Positions 38,101 to 50,100 of a stretch of DNA of 64,000 nt are shown here, piece by piece. Below the pieces are notes generated by a model. That model had not been told where the DNA came from, did no database searches, and saw only the letters and a program-made list of their open reading frames with translations. This DNA is from Rhynchobatus australiae. Lineage: Eukaryota. Location: positions 32,145,045 to 32,209,044 of the forward strand of contig JAUZTB010000135.1 in NCBI GenBank assembly GCA_034780895.1. Reading direction: 5' to 3'. Position numbers and translations under genes: made by a program. Positions within the stretch are counted from its first letter, which is position 1. Every line of letters begins with the position of its first letter.

Positions 38101-41100
38101 GCACAGCAAGCTCCCATAAACAGCAATGGAACTAGATGATATGGTTTAGGTTGTCATTTGAAGGCTAATTATTGTTGGAGCACTGGGTTAACTCCCCTAT
38201 CATTCTTCAAAATAGCAATTCACAATACGTACATCTCAGAAAATGGACTGGATATCATTTAACCTTCATCAACAATAAAGCTTTCCCTCAGTGCTACACA
38301 GGAGTAAAATCATGCATTGCCCAAAGTATAAACCTACTTCTTCTTCTTCTGTATCATTGATTACTCTTAAATTCTCCAATTCTCTCATTCTCTGACGACG
38401 CAGTTTCTTCATGTCATCCATTTTCTGCAAAACTGCCTCAGCAGTGCTAGTCAACAAATGTTTGGAATGGAGAAAAAAATTAGTTTCTAGTAACAGACAG
38501 CAATAGACCAATTCCTAATCATTAAATCTTAAGCATATTTTCTCAGCTCTTACTTTGTGATCAATTTATCAAAGAGCACAGATTGGTTTAAGGTGTTGTA
38601 GCGATTTCTTCGGAGCCGACAACTGCGCCGCACTTCTGTATCAGTGCCACCTTCTTCTTGCACTCCATCCACTTCCATTTCAGATCTGTTGCACTGGACT
38701 GATCGGGTGATGGGAACTATATTCAGTGGAAAGGATACCATGCATGACTATTACATTAACCAAACTCAACACATTTAATTTACACTCGATTTGCAGTACA
38801 AGGTTGCTTGATACAAAGTACAAGCATCAGGGTGCACAAGCAAACAGAGTCAGTGCAAAGAAAATTGATACAGAATTTAAAAGTCAAAAAGCAAATTGAA
38901 ATGGGAAAGCCATTTCACACTAGATTAGATTAGTGCAAGGATTTTACTGGAATCAATGAAAACAGAAATGAAATGCATATATTTGGTTACTATGCATGTG
39001 TGTGAATGTGCAGAACGTGATAAATAAAGTTGATGAACTGCAGGCACCAATAGAAGTATGACACACTAATAACAGGAACAGGGTACAGTGATGATAACAC
39101 GAATGGCTAAAATAAGGACGGTTTTGGCATTAAATATTGCTGAATATATGGGAAGAATGGGGAAGGAAAGGAGGAAAGGAACAGTGCTAAAAAAAGAATA
39201 TTTTAATGCTAAGAGGGGTCAAAGACAGAATTTGTTTGATCAGAGCTGTGAAACAGCAGAGGGAGCTTACAGCTCTGTATGTATTTTATAGATCACCAAT
39301 GAGTGGGAATGATATAGAGCAACAAGAATGTAGGGAAATTTCAGAAGTATAAAAACTACAAGGTAGTTATGGGCAGGGGTAGGGGGTGCTTTAGTTGTCC
39401 CAGTGTAAACTAAGACAGTAATAGTGTTCTAAAGCAATTAGTTTCTAATCCAAAGAAGGAAGCATTGTTAGATGTGGTTCTGGAAACTAAAGTGGGTCAA
39501 ATGCATCAAGCTTAGGTAGGAGAACAATTAGGAGATGATGATCGATGCTACAAAAAAAAGGAACAATCAAAAGTAAAAGTAATTCATTGGAGCAAGTCAA
39601 TTTCAATGAGATAAGAGTGGATCTGGTTTAGGCAAGTTAGAACCAAACAATGACAGGCAAAGCTCTAACAGAACAATGGGGTGCCTCTAAGGAAAAGATG
39701 ATTACAAGAGAACTGAAGCACTTTCCCCAAGAGAAGCAAATTAAAAACAAGCAGAGCTCTCTGAAAAACTGATAAAAATACAGAGGATGATAAAACAAAG
39801 ATAAACTGCATATGACACATAGGGCTGTAAATACTTGGAAGAACCAGGCGGATTCCAAACGAAGAGCAAATGAAAATTAAAAAGAATGATGAGATAAATC
39901 NNNNNNNNNNNNNNNNNNNNNNNNNNNNNNNNNNNNNNNNNNNNNNNNNNNNNNNNNNNNNNNNNNNNNNNNNNNNNNNNNNNNNNNNNNNNNNNNNNNN
40001 NNNNNNNNNNNNNNNNNNNNNNNNNNNNNNNNNNNNNNNNNNNNNNNNNNNNNNNNNNNNNNNNNNNNNNNNNNNNNNNNNNNNNNNNNNNNNNNNNNNN
40101 NNNNNNNNNNNNNNNNNNNNNNNNNNNNNNNNNNNNNNNNNNNNNNNNNNNNNNNNNNNNNNNNNNNNNNNNNNNNTCAGGACCAGATGGATTTGGAGGG
40201 AAATTACACGGATTTCAATTAATAACTACCAATACTCTTTGGACATGGGGCCGATGCAAGAGATTTGGATAGCAGCAAATGTTAATTTGTTCAAAAATGC
40301 AAGCAAGGATAAACCCATCAACTATAGGCCAGTTTAACTTCAATGATGATCTTCGGATTAAGTAGTTGCCTGGAGAAAGATGGATTAAGGCAAACCAGCA
40401 TGGATTTGTTAGAGGCAAATCATGTTTATTTTGATGAGGTAACATACAGACTTGATGAGGTGTAATGGACTTCAGGAAAGCTTTTGATAAGGTGTCAAAA
40501 GCTTTTGATCATAATAGTCTTATCAGCAGCCCCAAAGAATATGGCATAAAAAGACATTGCTAACATGAGGCTAAAGTTGATTAAGCAACAGGTGAATGGC
40601 TTTGTCAGATTAGAAGAAGTTAAATAGTGGTCATCAGTATTGGGGCCATTGCTTTCTCCCCTTGTATTAATGACTTGGTCTCAGGGTTACAAATTATGAT
40701 TTTGAAATTTCCAGATAACACTAAAAGTCTGAAGTACTGGTGAATGCAACGAGGATAGTGATAGACTGCAGCTGGTGGAAAAGGCAGAATCATAGCAGAT
40801 AAAGCTTAATGCAGTGAAGTGCAAGGTCACATTCTGGTAGGAGGAATGAGACACAGTATAAAGGACATTCTTCTAAAAGGTGTGCAGGAACAGCAGGTAT
40901 GTCTGCACAAATCATTAAAAATAACAGGGCAGGATGAGAAAGTTGTTAATAAGGCGTACACAATTCTAGGATTTATCAACAGTGGCATAGAGTCTAAAAG
41001 CAGGGAAGTTATACTAACTTTTATAAAATATTGGTCTAGTCTCAGCTAGAGTATTGAGTTCAGTTTTGGTCACCACATTATAGGAAGAATATGAAGATAT

Positions 41101-44100
41101 TAGAGAGGGTCCAGAAAAGATTTTACAAGTGGTTCCCAGGAGGAGGAACTACAGGTACAAGGACAGATGAGAGAAGTTGGGACTGTTTTCTATGGAGAAG
41201 ACAAAGATTAGATGTGTATATAAAATGATGAGGGGTTTGGACAGAGCAGTCAGTGGCAAGCTGCTCCCTTTGGTAGAGTAATCAAGGACAAGAAGTCACA
41301 GGTATAAAGGGGATGACAAATATGAGTGGCATAAAGGAAAAATTTATCTTTATGCAGGTGTAGCTGGAATCTGGAATGCACTGTCTGCAGATGTGGTGGA
41401 GGCAGGTTACATTGTGTTTTTCAAGAGGAAACTGGATGCATAAAGAGGGGAAAATATGTAAGGCAATAGAGAAAGGGCCAACAGTAGAACTGGAGAGCCA
41501 GTGCAGACCTGATGAGCAAAATAGCCTCCTTCTATACCTTATTTTACGATTTATGCTCATTGATCTACCATGTTTCCTTGTCCACCAACCTAAAATGTAA
41601 AAATTTCATTATGCTCAAATTTCTTCACGGTCACTTCTTCCTATCCCTGTTACCTCTCCTGGTCCCACAGCCCTCTTCTAATTCTTAAGTCTTTATCTTT
41701 ACTCTCTACATTCCCTGCCTCTTTCACCCTATGCCTTTAGCTGCTTAGAGCTTAAGCTTCATAAATCCATCCCCAAGCCTTTCCACCTTTCTCACCTCTC
41801 CTTACAGAGCCACCTTAAAATTTACCTCTTACTCAAGAGTTTCATGTGTTATCACACCTTTTTCCTTCATTTGACCAGTGTCAAATGTCTTGCTATACTC
41901 AGGTGTACCTCAGGACTATTTCCAAAGTTGAAGGTTCTATATTAGGCAACAATGACTTGCCCTTTATAAGTTTCAGAATTACACTAAGTTTACAACTTTG
42001 CCAAAGATCTTTGAGCAATATAGCATGTTACCACTTCCAGTATTTTCAGGTTGAACAGAAATAAAGAGGCAGCCCCAAATGGATTTTGAAAAGATTAAGC
42101 TGTCATTTATAAAGAACAAGACATCAATTGAGAAAATTCCCATAATATATACTATAAGGCTCATTGCAAAATGTTTGAAATTTCTGAATATACTTGGTTA
42201 CAATGAAGTAAAATGTATTAAAAAATGCCAAAATAAAAATCAACTTACCTTTATTGCTACCTTTTATTTTTAGTCTTACTGATTGCCTGCAAAGAAAAAA
42301 AAAGTTCCTAAGTATTCAAACACTGAAATAACAACATTTTGGAAGGGGGAAGGTGAAAGGGCCAGATGACGCCAAGTTTAGTTTGCCACTTAAAATCCTC
42401 ATGCTTTCCACATTTCTGCAGAGTCCAGCAGTGAATTGAATTGACAAATTCAGCACATCTGAATCTAGTGAGTCCCAGACCTGTGCATGCACAGAATTGA
42501 ATGGTGGAACAAATCAGCCACAGCCAGCAGGATAAAAGAAGCTAAGACTTATCAACATGCCATTTCACCCTTCAAGCCTGCTCTGCCGTTCAACAAAATC
42601 ATAGTGCTGATCCTGTACCTCAGCTCCAATTTCCCACACTCTCTTGATTCCCATAACATCCAAACTCTACAAGCCTTAAATCAACTGAATGAGTTTACAT
42701 AGCTCTGAGGTAATGTATTTCACAGAAACCCCACCCTCCAAGTTAGGAGATTCATCCTCACTTCAGTTCTAAATGGCTAAACCCCCTATTCTGAGACAGT
42801 GACCCCTGGTTCTAGACTCCTCGGCCAGGGAAAATAACCTCCCTGCAATGATCCTGTAAAGTTCTCAGAATTTTTGTTTCTTTGAAATCACCTCTTATTC
42901 TAAACTCTAGGGAATACAGGCCTCGTCACCCCATCAGCAAACCCACCATCCCAGGAACTTGTCTGAGGAATCTTTACTGCATCCCCTCAAAGGCAAGCAC
43001 ATCCTTTTTAAGGTGAGGAGTCCCAAATTGTACACAATACTCCAGGTGAGGTCTCAACATAGTCCTATATAATTGCAGTAAGATACGTTTATTCCTGTAC
43101 TCAAATCCTCTCATAACAGAGTACATGCCATTTGCCTTCCTAGTTGGTCATTAGATCTGCACACAAGATTTCAGTGATGTGTACAAGTGTACCTAGGACC
43201 CTCTGAACATTAATATTTTTATACAAACTCTCACCAAAACATTCTGCTTTTGTGTTTTGCTGTTGACCTCACATTTTTCCCACATTATATTCTATCTACC
43301 ATGTTCTCACCCACTCATTTGGCTTGTCAAATCCCTTTGAAGCCTCTTTAGAATTTCCTTCCCAATTTCAATCCCACTTGGTTTGCATCATCAGCAAACT
43401 ATGAAATGTAATATTTGGTCCTCTCAGTCAAATCATTGATACAGATTGTGGAGAGATGGCATCCAAACTCCAATCCCTATGGTACCCTTCTAGTCACAGC
43501 CTGCCAACCTAAGACATGTTTATTCGTTCATTCCTACTCTTTGCTTAAGTCTGTTGACCAATTTTCAGTCTGTTGACCAATGCCTGTATATTACTCCTGA
43601 TTCCACATACTCCAAACTTGATCAACTTCCCACACAGGACCTTATCAATAGCCTTATGAAAATCTAAATACACCACTTTGACTGGTTTCACTTTTTCCAT
43701 TCAACTAAAAACATCCTCACAGGACTCAAGTAGATTAATCCAACATGATTAGTCTTTCCTAAATCCATACCAATTTTGCTCAATCCCATTTTTCTTCTTT
43801 CCTAGGCATTTTTAATTACACCCTTCATTATAGATTTCAGCATTTTTTCCACTTGTGTTCAACCAACAGGCTAATAGTTTATCATCCCTCTCCCCTCTCT
43901 CAATTGGTGGGGTCATACATGCTACCCTTCGATCTGCTGTACCTACTGCTGAATCTATACAATTTTGAAAGATGATCACTAATTCATCCACAATCTTTAT
44001 AGCCTCCACTTTCAGTCTCGGATGCAATTCAGAGTCCATGGGATTTATCAATTTTCATTCTCAACTTGGCCCAGGATTCTCAGAGATTTCTGAACTTGGT

Positions 44101-47100
44101 CAATTACACTGATTCTTATTTACAGTAATGCAATGGTGCTCTCTAGTGGTAAAAAATGCATTCAAGGTAGAGAAGCCAAGATTGAAATACACTGATACAC
44201 TGCTTAGCACTACTCCAGTGTGCTGATTTATTATGTTCCTGGTCCTCTGATGAACAGTCGGATACATAGCCCTCCAGATCTTTAAGAAAGATCTCTCTCG
44301 GGCTGCATGTGGCTATACTGGAACCTGGCGCAAATCCAGCAATGAACTGCCCTGTAGCTCAATGTGGAGAGTAGGGTCTGCCCGAGGGCTGAATTGGACA
44401 GGCCACTCAGCATTGAGAATTGGGTATCAAGGCTACAGCCTGGTGCTTCAGCTTGTTACCAGGAAAATCTCACAATTGATTCGAGCTGTGCAGCCAAACA
44501 AGGAAAAGGGAGACTAGCTGCCATCACATCCATGAGAGGTGATGGGATAGGCTGTAGAATGCCCACAGTCTGTAACATAGAACAGGTGCTCCAAGCCAAC
44601 AATGGCCCACACTTACCCTGACAACCAGGGTGCAGCCTTCAGCCCTACCACCTCAGTACTGAGCAGATGCATCACTTGCCCTAGTCCCCCTCAACACCAG
44701 CTCTCACAGGGAGCCTCTCCACACTGTGGTGTGATACATAACTAAATATGGACCAGATACCTGACATAGCACAGCAAAGGGGAGAGCAACAGTTCACACC
44801 AGTTTCCCGTAACACAATATCCCATCACATCAGCTGCAAGGGTAGGTGCTTGTGCCAGGTTCTCACCACAGCAGTCCATTTATAATGGTATACTGACTCT
44901 TGTGCTGGATTCATAAGTGCCCTCTTTTCTAGCATACATCCTGTGTGTTAAGCAAAATACCAGGTGTATAAGAGGCTAAGGGTTAACCCTAACCCACACA
45001 GAGGGAAACCTGTAGCAGCAGGACAATCAAAGTGGTCAATAATTCTGTTCAGTAATTTACCTGGTAAATGATTGTACTTCTTCCCCATTATCACACAACT
45101 CTTCCATGGTTTTTTCATTGCAACTTGAATCCAAGGAGGTGTCAGTTAGGTGCAACTGACTTTTCCTCTTCAAAACAGGGAACAGATTACCATTGCTGCT
45201 TTCCTTCACATTCCTGGATAAGTACCTCTGTTTAAAAAAAAGTGAAAAGATTTGTCACAAATAACAAAATCTATTAACATCTGTTGCATGCTAGGCTAAA
45301 AAGTTATTACTGTTCAGATTTGTTGGTAATCAATGGAGCACACAGCCTCAGGGCAAGTTCCAGATGATCTACACAATCTTTTAATAAGGTACTACATTGT
45401 ACTATTTCAAAATATAACCATCTCTACAGAAAGAATGTGGAACAATAGTTACAGTACTAACAAAATGTTTAGAGTTTAGTCTCTATGGACTACCATCCTC
45501 TGTTTACAAGTCAACCATCCTCTTCCACCACCTCCATCAACCCATCCCCAAAATAGAAATGAGACTACAGGAAAATCAATACTTAAGGACTCAAAGACTG
45601 TCCCCAAAATAAAGTTTTATTTAGTCAACACCTCAGTGACAATCTGATGAATTTCAACCAACGGAAGCCATAGCATCCCCATAATCAGAAATTGACAACA
45701 CTTAGTCTATGAGAAAACATCTGGACTGGTTTGATGAGAATGACCCAGGAGCTAATAAATCACAAATAAAAAATATCATGGGACAGGAGGTACCATAACA
45801 CACAGGGTGGAAACTATCCAGATGCCCAAAAATCTAGGCTCCACAAAAATAACTACCCTTCACCTTAAAAAAAGGTACATGGAAGTCCAGAAGATCCAGG
45901 AACTAGTTGACAACCACAGCTTGTACATATTCAGCAATATCAAGACTACTTACAAGACAAGGACTCCTAAGTTTGTTACTGTCCCTCCACCTAATCCACA
46001 AAAAGATGCAAACCATGATGCATACTAACAGATTCACCACAGACTCAACCCCAATGCAAACTAGGGTGAAGTAAGACTGCCACTGAGAAAGGCCACTCAA
46101 CCTGGCAGAAAGGCAACTCATAAGCCATGGGCAAGGAGGAGCAGCAAACAACAATCCAAGCAACACACCACCACCTACCCTGTCAAACNNNNNNNNNNNN
46201 NNNNNNNNNNNNNNNNNNNNNNNNNNNNNNNNNNNNNNNNNNNNNNNNNNNNNNNNNNNNNNNNNNNNNNNNNNNNNNNNNNNNNNNNNNNNNNNNNNNN
46301 NNNNNNNNNNNNNNNNNNNNNNNNNNNNNNNNNNNNNNNNNNNNNNNNNNNNNNNNNNNNNNNNNNNNNNNNNNNNNNNNNNNNNNNNNNNNNNNNNNNN
46401 NNNNNNNNNNNNNNNNNNNNNNNNNNNNNNNNNNNNNNNNNNNNNNNNNNNNNNNNNNNNNNNNNNNNNNNNNNNNNNNNNNNNNNNNNNNNNNNNNNNN
46501 NNNNNNNNNNNNNNNNNNNNNNNNNNNNNNNNNNNNNNNNNNNNNNNNNNNNNNNNNNNNNNNNNNNNNNNNNNNNNNNNNNNNNNNNNNNNNNNNNNNN
46601 NNNNNNNNNNNNNNNNNNNNNNNNNNNNNNNNNNNNNNNNNNNNNNNNNNNNNNNNNNNNNNNNNNNNNNNNNNNNNNNNNNNNNNNNNNNNNNNNNNNN
46701 NNNNNNNNNNNNNNNNNNNNNNNNNNNNNNNNNNNNNNNNNNNNNNNNNNNNNNNNNNNNNNNNNNNNNNNNNNNNNNNNNNNNNNNNNNNNNNNNNNNN
46801 NNNNNNNNNNNNNNNNNNNNNNNNNNNNNNNNNNNNNNNNNNNNNNNNNNNNNNNNNNNNNNNNNNNNNNNNNNNNNNNNNNNNNNNNNNNNNNNNNNNN
46901 NNNNNNNNNNNNNNNNNNNNNAGCCCTATACAGACCTCTGTAACCTCTAACAATCTTGAAATCTCTGGAGTTTTTCATTTTTTTGGCCTCTGACTTGTTA
47001 TTGATTTTCATTCCTCCACTATTGGCAACTATGCTTACAGCTGCCAGGGCCTTGCTCGTAATTCCCTCTCTAAACTTCCTGTTCTTCAAGACATTCATTA

Positions 47101-50100
47101 AAATGCACCTTCACCCAAGCATTTAGCTATCAGTCTTGCAATCTGTTGGCAGGCATCGAGCTTTCTTTGAAGACCAAAGCACATTCAACATTTTTATCTT
47201 GATGTTTATCTGTCTTAATACAGCTAAGAGCTAAAATTAGGTCAAATGAATTCAAAGCTGGGAACATTTCCTGTCCCAGTTTGTTAGAGAAACACTAGGC
47301 AAAATATCTAAGGACCTCAATTGAGACAAGAGAGCAAATGTGGGAACCAATAACCATCTTAAGACTCCACATTCAGTAAGATATCTTCTTTTAAAATACA
47401 TCAATAGTTTAGGTGTTACTTTCCAGCAGTCCCATTGAAAACCACTAATAAGACTAAGATTTCCTAAGAACAGCTACCAAGCACCAAATGTGTTTGGAAT
47501 GTATCAAACTTGGAATGAGAGTCTGAAAGGGACATTTGATCACAAAGGTGATACAAAAGGCACCAACATTTGCAAGGGGTTCAATATCTGTTTCAGGCAT
47601 AGGACCTGGAACCTTTCCACTACACAGGTACTATACTTTCTACAGAGAAATGTTACAGCACATAGCTCCTACAGGATTTTTGTCACGAAACATCAGCCAA
47701 ATTCCAAGCCTAGGCGTTCTGTAATACAATCAAACTTGGTGCTCTGAAAGACCCGTCAAAAAAAATCAAACCAATCTTCACCTAATTAGGTGTTAATTTA
47801 GCCCTTGGAGATATTAAACTAACATATTGAAGAAACAAAGGTGTAGGACCCCATGATTTACATAGTCCAGTATGCTCATCTTATCTGGATGGGAGCATCA
47901 TTATTCAAGTACCAGTGAAGATAAGACGAGATAAGATCTCTATTAGTCACAGGTACATCCAAACACAGTGAAATGCATCTTTTGTTCTGGGGGCAGCCCG
48001 CAAATGTCGCCATGCTTCTGGCACCAACATAGCATGTCCACAACTTCCTCACCCGTACATCTTTGGAATGTGGGAGGAAACCAGAGCACCTGGAGCAAAC
48101 TCATACAGACAGAATGTACAAACTCCTCACAGGCAATGGCAGGAATTGAACCCAGGTCGCTGGTGCTGTAATAGCATCACGCTAACCACTACACTACCAT
48201 GAATAGGTCAATACTCTATACTTCGCACTACATCCATTATCCTCACAAGATCATAAGCACGGATAGCATCTACAGCCCCACAGCACTCCATCGATACCAC
48301 ACAGAATCATCAGCTGAAATTTTGTCTCTGAAAAGGGGATAAATCTACAACCGTCCTTGGAGGTGCAAGTGCCAGCAAATAGCATTCACAGCTCACACCT
48401 CCAGACTACAGACGCTCAGGAAACTCTCAGGACTAAGTGCTCACTGAAGGTTATTGCACTTCATTGCACACTCTGGTAATAAGCCTTTTGACCTTTTTAT
48501 AAAGATCTAGGCAGCTATATATCATAAAAGGTAGGTATTATCAGAGGTGCCATCTTTTAGGGATATTAATCTGTGGCCCCAACTCTCTTCTCTGGATGAC
48601 ATACAAGATCCCAAAACACTATTTCAAGCAGAACCATCTGCCTAATATTCAACTCATTCAATATTATTACTGATCCTGAAAACTCATTACATGCAAATTA
48701 AATGCAAGGCTTCCAACATGAAAACAGACTTCAAAAGTAATTCATTAGCTGTAAATCATCTCAAAACATTAGGGTATGAAAGCAACTATAGCTTTTTTTC
48801 TAATCTGTTGAAGAAAGATACAGTTCACTCCACAAATAACATTTTATCCAACAAGTAGATGGAGGGAAATGAGCATCAACTCTGATTTTGGATTTAAGAC
48901 TGTTGCCAATGAATTAAATAAAGAATGATTCGCCAATATATTGACTCCACGGTAAGCCAATTTTAGAATTTGTAATGCGACAAAAAACAGCTGTTCACTG
49001 CCTTAAAGAGACACCTGCGTATGGTGCTTTTCAAATGGACTATTTTTAACATTTCTACTAAAGTTAAAAAAATTATGGTCAAGTTCCCCAGAGAAGACAT
49101 TTATAGATGTGGCTGGTGATAATATTGGAAGACCAAACAAATTGAGCCAGCTTTGGATTGGAGATGCCTGTCCTCCACACAGCTGCAGATAGTTGTCAAT
49201 TCTGAGCAAGTTTACCATCCATGTCTGCTAAAAGATACCTAATAATTATAGGATAATAAATTGTTATACAAATTAATTTGTTCATCCAGATGTAAATAAA
49301 GATCGTTGTATACCATGGAGTACAGGAAACCAATAATTCAGATCCTGTTCAGATCTGGCTGCCAACAGTCATAACAAAAAAAAGTTGTTTACCTTGGTTT
49401 TAAATTACTGAGAATGTCACATTTTCAAAAATGGATTTCAAGATCGTTATAACTCCAAGAGACAGTTTATATACTAGTCTTCCATGCATTTCTCAAATGT
49501 AATGTCTATCAGAAAATTGTTGTAATAATTTCAAAGAGATAACCATGCCAAACCATGAACAAGTAATTTCCCAAGTTGCATCATCATTTGGATAGCTGAA
49601 GGTACAAGGCATTTACTTGGCACAGTAGTGAATCCCAAAATTAGATGAAATGAATGGCTAGTTAATTTATTTTGCACCAAGTATAGTACAAATTATCTTA
49701 ATCTACCCAAATATCCACATCAATTTTATAGCTTTAAAGAAAATTTAAGACAGAATTCCACATTGAGTACTGAAGTCTGGTCAGAAAATGAGATATTGTT
49801 TCTCATGCTCAAGTTGTGAGACATTAGCACAGTGTAATTAGAGGTCAAAAGGCAATCTGAAGATCAGAGTCACCCTTGGAGAATATGAAGGTGATCTGCA
49901 AAGCAGTCACCCAATCTGCAAAGCAGTCACCCAATCTGCAATTGAAAAGTCCACTGAATTCAGTGACTCACAGAATGGTTACAGCACGGAAGATCATTTG
50001 GCCCATCAAATCAATCCAGGCTCTACACCAGAGCATTCCAGCTGGTTTCACCCCCCCTGTCCTGTATATTGTTTCATTNNNNNNNNNNNNNNNNNNNNNN

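Noticed and set aside
46127-47098. Long 250-300 aa ORFs (also ~25080-25874, ~39870-40337)
   Set aside because: Mostly N-gap read as X; not real ORFs.
49894-49941. 20-bp tandem duplication ATCTGCAAAGCAGTCACCCA x2.4
   Set aside because: Simple local slippage duplication in an intron; no spacers, not CRISPR-like.
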